Positions 19,549-27,646 of a DNA stretch of 27,646 bases are shown here, piece after piece (positions within the stretch are counted from its first letter, which is position 1; every line of letters starts with the position of its first letter). The stretch is from NCBI GenBank assembly GCA_051294375.1, contig CM119267.1, positions 6,443,407 through 6,471,052 on the forward strand, given 5' to 3'. The stretch is from Paraspadella gotoi (taxonomy: Eukaryota; Animalia; Chaetognatha). A program made the position numbers and the translations under genes. Under the pieces are notes generated by a model. That model had not been told where the DNA came from, did no database searches, and saw nothing but the letters and a program-made list of their open reading frames with translations.

Positions 19549-21875
19549 TAGCTTTAAGCCTTAATTTAAGGATACGTTTTCAAAATTCGAAACCACCCCC
19601 AATCGCACGTAGTTCGTCCCCCAACGCCGGCGGTACTCACGTACGCATGCGATCCACAAGAATCGTCGACACACGAAAACCAAGAAATCGCGTAATCGTC
19701 CGAAGATTAGACGATAAAGAAAAAGTCCTCGATAGCTTTTTTTCGTCCGAACATCGAGATCGCGAGTCGCGGCGATTAGAGAGACTTGCGTGGTTTCGTC
19801 GGAGGGCAGGTTGGCGCAAGTTAAGACTCTCCTCAATTTAAGTCTTTTGTCTTGGAATCGTCATGACACAAAAGGTTGCAGGGGGAAGAGATCTTGATCT
19901 TAGTCTTTTTAATTTATCTCAGAGTGTGTAGGGACTGTAGGGTGTTGACACAAGGGGCGAACTGGCGGCGGGTCTGGCCTCTTTCCTCGTCAAGTGGAGG
20001 TAAAGAGGTGATGGTTGGGAGAGGGGGACACTTAGTGACGCCCAGGTTTTGTCTTTTTGAGTCTTTGATTCTTGACAAAAGATTTTGGAAACTGGATTGG
20101 ATTTCTACATATTCCAGAAGGCTTCTATTTTAAAAATATTTTACCCAACTTTAATATTAATTTAAAAAAATGATCAGGATGCAGGTTTAACTAAATTTGT
20201 TTAATTAACTAACCTCTGGCGTTAACAAATTTTTAAAATTCGGTTCCTCTGAAATTAAGCTTAAAGATATATATGGTTAAATATGAATTATTTTCGTCAA
20301 GAGTATGTCTTAAATTTTAAAGGTTTTAGATTAATCCTGACTCATTACCTCGACGACGCAACTCTTAAACGCCCCTCAGCGATGCCACTGCAGACCTCTT
20401 TAGCTTTCAAAGAGAGAGAGAGAGATAGAGAAAGAGGTGTCGCCGTCTGGAAAAGCTACAAGTGGCACTCGTTCCATTTTCCCGTCTGTTGACTCTCGGG
20501 TTTTGAATGTAAGAAGAAAAAAAGGGGGGAACGAAGTGTCGTGATTAACTGTTCTCCTGCAGGTGGAGTTCTTTGGTTGTTGTGGCTCCGAGATCCAATC
20601 TCAGATCGATAATCTCCATTCTGGAATTCGACGCTCGAGTTTTGGTGGCGGGAAACGGGAAAACAGAAACGAAGAAACAGAAAAAGAAACCGAGATAAGA
20701 CAAGAAATAGAAAAAATCCATTTCGAATTATTATCATTTATGATGCATAAATCAAGATTAGGAAACAAATAATCTTAAAGAAACAGAACCTCCCTTCATT
20801 AAGAATGATAAAGAAATTCTTTGTCATCATATTTTTTTTAAATCGCGTCATAAATCAGGAATTGAAGTCGTCGTGCCCCCTTCAATTTAGGCCCAACCCT
20901 TTCTCGCCGTCTTTAGGGTCTGAAGTTTTATGGCACGCTTAGAAGTTTTTTTTTTTAACATTTTGGGTTTTGGTTTGTAAATCCTTTTATTAATTTTCTC
21001 ATGTTATTTATTCCTAATTTTTATCATTCATGTATTTTCATGTTTTAATTCATTAACCTAATGATTCCTATCTTTAATTCAATCCGTTCTTCATTCGCCG
21101 GTTCTCTAAATTCATCAATTCATTTTCTTTACAGTTCTCCCTTTATATATTTTTTTCCGTTCACGACTTTGGCAACGCCCGATATGTCTCTCTGTCAGTG
21201 AGCGACTGTCTCTGACATCTGTCTTTGTCTTCTGTCTCTCTTTCTGTCTATCTCTGTCTGTCTCCTTCGTTAAATCGTAACGACTCATTTTGTTCGCAAT
21301 TAGATGAAAACCTCAAAAATTTTGGAGGGAAATAAAGTGAGTCGTGGGTGACATAGAAGAAAATTTTAAAATCTGTTTTTTGATGTTTTTTTATTGCTTT
21401 TCATTTATAATTTGTTAAAAACTTTTACAATTTTTTTCAAAAATCTGAGACGAAAAAGAATAAAACATTTTCGTGCCTAATAATTCGTGTATAAGCCCTC
21501 CGTGTATAAAATGTATATTTGTACTTATGTGTACAGCGGTGTAAATTTACATATTTTACATATTCTCGAATCCCTCGTAGACGAATTAAAAACTCATCCA
21601 CGAAAATCTTAGATTCCCTGAGAAAATCGTCTCCCCTCCCCCCAGCGCCCCCGAAGCGAAAACCAGTTTTCATCCCATCCCTTAAACCCTCGTCATTTCT
21701 CCGTGTCATCCCCTGCCCGTTCTCCATCCTCCGCCCGTCTCATCCCTGCTACGTCTCATCCCTCTGCCCGTCTCTACCCTTCTCAACCGCTCCCGTCCCT
21801 TTTCATCCTCGTCTCTCTCATCCGGGTCCGCATAAAAAAAAGTCAAGTCGTTGGAAACATTTTAAGGAGGACGTC

Positions 21876-21876
21876 G

Positions 21877-21907
<31 letters not shown>

Positions 21908-22272
21908 GATTGTGACGACGATTAGGACTCGGCGACAATGACGACGACGACAATGACGACGACGACAGCGACTTCTTGGGGCGATTAATCAATCCACTCT
22001 CAGCGCCGTTTCCCCCTCGAGGCGACGAATCTGGTTTACAAAACCCAAATNNNNNNNNNNCGTGGTTCCGATAATCGAGGTTTTCGGCGAAACCTGGAAA
22101 TGAGAGATCGAGATCTTGGATCGAGGGATCGACGGATTCGTGGTCCGAATTTCGAAGCCGACCGATTTTATTTTTTCTTGTCGGTTATGACTCATCCATC
22201 GAAATGTCCTCTTCTCGTAATTGTAATAATTACCCCCGCGTATTGTGTTGTGAGTTGTTGCGGAGAGAGAGA

Positions 22273-22308
<36 letters not shown>

Positions 22309-22595
22309 TATAACGCTCCGACCCGCCTCGGCGTCACAACCTGGATTTTTAACGCTCTTTAATCATCTTTTATGCTCTTGGAGGCGACGAAAGGGCTGGG
22401 AGATGATGACGACGACGACGACGATGACGACGAAGGAGGCACCTTTACATTTCTTTTTTCAATCTCGATATGTGTCTTCACGTGTTTTTCTTTCCTCTTT
22501 CCTTCCTCTCTTGCACATTCATTGTACACTTATCTTTTCTTCCTCTTCTTTACTCCTTTTTTTCTTCTTTGGACTTTTCTTCCACTTTCTCTTCT

Positions 22596-22681
<86 letters not shown>

Positions 22682-22784
22682 CCTCCTCACTTCTTCAAAT
22701 CGCCGGAGAGAATAAAACTTTTCTTAATCTCTTCTTCTCCCGCAATAGCGACGGGAGGCGAGACTTGTTTTCATTTTCTGCACA

Positions 22785-22841
<57 letters not shown>

Positions 22842-22990
22842 TCTTCTTCTTCTCTATATGTATTCTCTTCTAGATAAAAGATATTTACTTTACTCTTTAT
22901 CCCCCGGGAGGATAAAAGAGGGTTCACCCACTGAGGCTTCGACGTGAGTTGGGGGGAGAGAGCAGAGAGAGAGAGAGAGAGAGAGAGAGA
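21876..22990. repeat. Cluster of (GAC)n, (AG)n and (CT)n microsatellites
   Basis: GAC at 21876-21967 and 22402-22433; AG at 22263-22308 and 22956-22990; CT at 22603-22680 and 22788-22840. Confidence 0.9.
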
Positions 22991-23956
22991 ATAAGAATAG
23001 AGTAGCGCGTGGAAACAGGGGGAGAAACTTCAAACAACTAAATCTCTCCTCTTTGTTCAAGAAAAAATCTAAAAGAAAAAAAACATAAAATGACCTCAAT
23101 CAAAGAAAATAAAAAACAATTTTAATCGAAACTTAAAATATTTTGCTCTAAAAAAACTTCGAGGTGTCAAAAAAAAAAGAAAAATCTTTTCCTCGAATTA
23201 AAAACAAAATCCAAAAAAGAAAACAAAAGATGGACGACCGATTTGGTTATTCAATCCGATTCGGTATTATAATTTTAATTTCACGCGCCATCAAAATATT
23301 AATAAAAAGTAATAACAACTCAAAATAACAGAGTCGAAATCCGAAGCGCAGCTGGCGTCTCCAAAGTTTTAGAACGAGCTGAAAAGTAATGAACTGAATA
23401 TTTGTCACATCGCACAATAAAAAATGTCTCTTTCGCTTTTTCTATGTTCTATTTTCTATTTTCTATTTTCCATTCGTATTTCTTTTTCTATTCTCTATTC
23501 TCTCCGCGTTCTTTTGACGACTTCGGGAAGGAAGAATTAATTCCAAATTCCTTTCTTCGCCTTATTTCGTATATTTTTTGAATATTTTTGCATTAATTTT
23601 GAAACGAGTTTAGTCTCTCGATGTTTCTAACGACTTTTGAAAAACGAATTCTCGCTTTCGGTCATTTAAATTTCGATTTTTATCACCCAATTACGGGATT
23701 TTTAAAATTCCGCTTTGAACAGATGCTTCGCTCTTTGCTTTATAATTAGAATATTTTTTTTCATTATGATTTCCTCTTTCACAACGTTTTTACTTTCGCT
23801 GTCCTCAATGTGCATTTTATATTTTTCACTTTCCTTTCCCCATTATTCCCACTTTTTTTCATATGGATTTTCCGCGCGCGAAAGTTTGAAAAAAATCTTT
23901 AATCTCCATCACGATAATCATCACCATTATCCTCAGTCCTTGGTCTATTATTTTTT

Positions 23957-23992
<36 letters not shown>

Positions 23993-24026
23993 CTCCTCCT
24001 CCTCCTCATCCTCCTCCTCCTCCTCC
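23957..24026 (+). repeat. Compound (GTC)n-(CTC)n microsatellite
   Basis: Direct reading. Confidence 0.93.
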
Positions 24027-26013
24027 ACTGTCCCCGTACCCTCGAGGTGTCTTCGCGTTTTTCGGTTCCGATTTTCGTCTCTCGATTTTTCTTTTTCGTC
24101 CAAAAAACCAAACTCGAAAGTACAGTCGTCCCTCCTTATCGCCTTTCGTTATCGGCGCGACGATAAACTACCGCGGATCCGCTTTATATTCCGGTAACTG
24201 ACGTCCGTTTTGAACGAAGCGATGATCGTTCGCTTCGTGCAATCGCTTTTGGATTCGCTGCGATGATGATTTTTTGTGAGAAACGCTGATTGGCATCGCT
24301 CGCTGCATCTCGTACGCCAGTTTTCGTTTTAAATATAAAAATCGGCAATTTTTGTTCATGATGATAATATATACACGTTCCAATTATAATCATATTCACC
24401 AAAATAACTAAAATAATATGATATGAAATTTTTAAAAAAAATTATTTAGCATTTTAAATAAATTTTTCTGTTTCTTTCACGCCCTCCCTGCTCTACCGTG
24501 TCCAATTGATAAAATTAACGCTGTTCGACGTTCATTGTCCCATCAACTCGGTTCGATCTCATGTACGCGATTTTCAATCCCAACTCGCTGGTTCGTCTCT
24601 CCACTCCAGTTTCAGACGTACTACACAATCTAGCGTACGAACTTAACGAGATTAATTAACAATGTGTTTTTTTTTCTTTTAAATTGAAATTAATTGAATC
24701 CGAGTCATCGGATCCATCAATCGTGTAACGAAATAATCGAACTCGCAACCTGATTAAAAAAAATTAATTCGATTTCGATTCATTTTAATTCAAATTTTCT
24801 ATAATATATAGTATCGTAGCAAATCCGCATATATTTCCTCGTTTTTTTTCGCGCAACCGTTTCGAAATAATACCTCCCGACATCTTCCTCGATCCTTGCG
24901 ACCACACCTGATCTAAATTCGAGCGTCGACATCCCTCCAAAGCGTCCGAGGTCGTCGTTCGTCACTTCGTCACTTCCCGCCGCAAAAATCCGCGTCGCCC
25001 CGAGGGCCCTAAATTAGCAATAAAATCCTTCGAGGCCCGGGAGCGAGGATATGTTAATGTCGGTCCGAGAACCGGAGAGGGCATGTATATTTCGTCACCC
25101 GAAGGCCAGGAGCCGACGTTGTATGTATATCACCGAAAAATCCCCGAACTTGCTTTTTTTTTTTCCTGCCATCATCTAAAGGCCGTATTATTCCCTTTCT
25201 TTTTTTTTTCGCGGTTTTCATTCGATGAAAAAAAAGAAAATAAAACAAAAGGCAGCTTTTTCGCTTTTGTTTACGATCCTCATCCGCCGGAGGGACGACG
25301 GACAAAAGAGCAGCCGCCGGCGATGCAAAGACAGAGAATGAATACGGGGACCGTGAATGAGACGAATGACGGAATAATAAACCGGCGAATGAAACGAGCC
25401 AACGCAATCGACTCTTACCCCCCCCCCAAAAAAAAGAGTTAATGAAAAAAACGACTGCTTTTCAAGATTGGAACTGTGCAACGCGGACTCTTTACAGAGA
25501 AAGGAACTCAAAACGGACGAGTCGGTAACTTAGGCGTCAAAAGTTGTCACGATTTGTTTTCTGTTGTTGATTTTCGCTTTGTCTTTCTTCCTTTACGCGA
25601 CCGATTGTAAAACTGCGTACGTTCACGACGCAATGGAGGGTCGTGACTCAGAGACAAAGACGTGAAAACTGTGAGAAATTGGTGGACTCGCGGATTAGGA
25701 ACTAGGAACTAAATCAGCGACGACCAAAGAAGAAATAAATAAATAACGTAATAAATCGTGACTACCCATTTCGGCAACCAGATAAAAGACGACTTTTAAA
25801 ATTGTGAAAGGGAAAAAAGTGATCATTTACTCCTAAAATTAGAGGCTCAGTTAAGTTAAGATTTGCGTTGGGGAAACTGTTGAAGTAATGAGTATTCTTT
25901 TATGGTTTTGCCGACAGAGGTCTCTTTGAAGGACGAAGATGACGTCGACGACGACGACGCCGCCACCGAAAAAAAGATTTTCCCCTTTGACCTTTTTAAT
26001 GGGAGGCGGGGAA

Positions 26014-26068
<55 letters not shown>

Positions 26069-26092
26069 ACTCTCTCTCTCTCTCCTTCTCTC
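26014..26092 (+). repeat. Interrupted (CT)n microsatellite
   Basis: Direct reading. Confidence 0.93.
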
Positions 26093-26174
26093 CCATGTTT
26101 CTAAAAAATGGAAATTCCATTCCGATGTACATAAAAAAGATAATGTACTTTTTCCTTCTCTCTTCTTTTTTTCG

Positions 26175-27646
26175 AACAGAAATTAAGAAAATTTTCAAAG
26201 TTGACGCGAGCAGACGACATCCGATGAAAGCAAATTTAAAGAAACAATTCTCGTTTCTGGACTCAGCTGTTTTTTTTCAGGGCGCGGAACAAAATACTTT
26301 TTTTTTCTTGTTTTGGATTTTTACTTTTTTTTTTCTACGATTGAGAGGAGGACCGAAACACAACAACAACTAGACGACGACAATGAGTCAATGAGGAATC
26401 AAAGACCAAAAATGAAAGTCACAACGATGCACGACGACGACGACGACGACGACGTCGACGATTTAATCGACGTTGTTGGTTTCCCTTTTCCAGATCGTTA
26501 AAAACCGTTAATCGTTTCTCGTTTTCCCGAAATGTTTATCTTGCCTTTAGCGAAAAAATAATTAATAAAATCTTGACAGAGAAATGCTCATAAATCTTTT
26601 TTGTTTCCTCGACAGGAAACATTTAGATTAATCTTTATTTAATCTAATTCTATTTTTATTTTAATAGAAATTTTCTTCTGAAAAATTAGTCGAATTTCAG
26701 TTTTAGGAAATAAAAGCCTTTAACTCGAATCTCAAATGGTTTTCTTCCTTTTTCCCTTTTTTTTTTACCTATTTCTTCTTTGCCCCCTCCCCCTTCTCTC
26801 CTCATTTCCTCTTTTCCCTCCCCTTCCCCCTCCCTCCTCCTTACACCCCCTTCATCGTTGAACCCCGAACTCGTGCCTCCTTTCTCTCATTTCGGATCAA
26901 ATGACGTCGGAAGAAAAAATCCACAACTTTTTTTATTTCTTTCATTCCGTCTTTCTCTTGTCCTTTTTTTTTTATTTTCTTTTCGTCAATTTTCCTTTCT
27001 TTATTAACCCTTTTCGTCCTCTTTCTTTTCTCCCTTCCTTTTTTTTCCCTCTTTCCTTTGCAAATACTTTTCTCCCTTTAATGCGTCGGCCCGAGGATNN
27101 NNNNNNNNNNNNNNNNNNNNNNNCTAAACTGAATTCGACTAATTTTCAAGAGGAAAATTTCTATTAAAATAAAATAGAATTAGATTAAATAAAGATTAAT
27201 CTAAATGTTTCTGTCGAGAAACAAAAAGATTTTGAGCAGTTCTTCTGTCAAGATTTTATTAATTATTTTTTCGCTAAAAGGCAAGAGAAACATTTTCGGG
27301 AAAACGAGAAACGATTAACGGTTTTTAACGATCTGGAAAGGGAAACCAACCAAAACGTCGGATTAAATTCGTCGACGTCCGTCGTCGTCATCGTTGTGAC
27401 TTTCATTTTTGTCTTTGATTCCTCATTGACTCATTGTCGTCGTCTTAGTTGTTGTTGTTGTTTCGGTCCTCCTCTTCATCGTAGAAAAAAAAAAGTAAAA
27501 ATCCAAAACAAGAAAAAAAAAGTATTTTGTTCCGCGCCCTGAAAAAAAAACAGCTGGAGTCCAGAAACGAGAATTTGTTTTCTTTAAATTTCTTTCATCG
27601 GATGTCGTCTGCTCGCGTCAACTTTGAAATTTTCTTAATTTCTGTT
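26175..27646. repeat. ~530-bp inverted duplication (26175-26706 vs 27124-27646), second arm starting at a 25-N gap
   Basis: The reverse complement of 27124-27646 aligns along 26175-26706 with many 1-nt indels, and the arm runs off the window end. Confidence 0.95.

Noticed and set aside
20545-20772. ctgcag|VEFFGCCG resembling a tetraspanin CCG exon
   Set aside because: Spacing is off by one, there are no downstream PxSC/Cys motifs or TM segments, no donor site was found, and the rest is low complexity.
22100-22947. 257-aa and 191-aa ORFs
   Set aside because: Composed of (AG)n, (GAC)n and (CT)n translations.

Overview
Eukaryotic, most likely invertebrate animal, draft-assembly DNA. It is AT-rich, dense in (AG/CT)n and (GAC/GTC)n microsatellites, has abundant CpG, and contains five N gaps. 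Two protein-coding genes are supported, both on the minus strand. (1) An intronless ~756-aa multi-pass membrane protein of the XK-related (Xkr/CED-8 scramblase) family at 4621-6891; its C-terminal third looks like a second, degenerate copy of the XK N-terminal module. (2) A 7-exon MFS sugar-porter gene (GLUT8/Tret1-like, ~572 aa, 10076-14376), reconstructed by hand with GT-AG introns. It has one 1-nt frameshift in exon 6 and has replaced most canonical hexose-binding residues. The rest is non-coding or unassigned: a 146-bp MITE-like element, a 30-bp minisatellite, a candidate isolated plus-strand 39-nt exon, and a ~530-bp inverted duplication beside a 25-N gap that is probably an assembly artefact. 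Most ORF-track entries are microsatellite read-throughs. All family assignments come from motif recognition by eye, not database searches.
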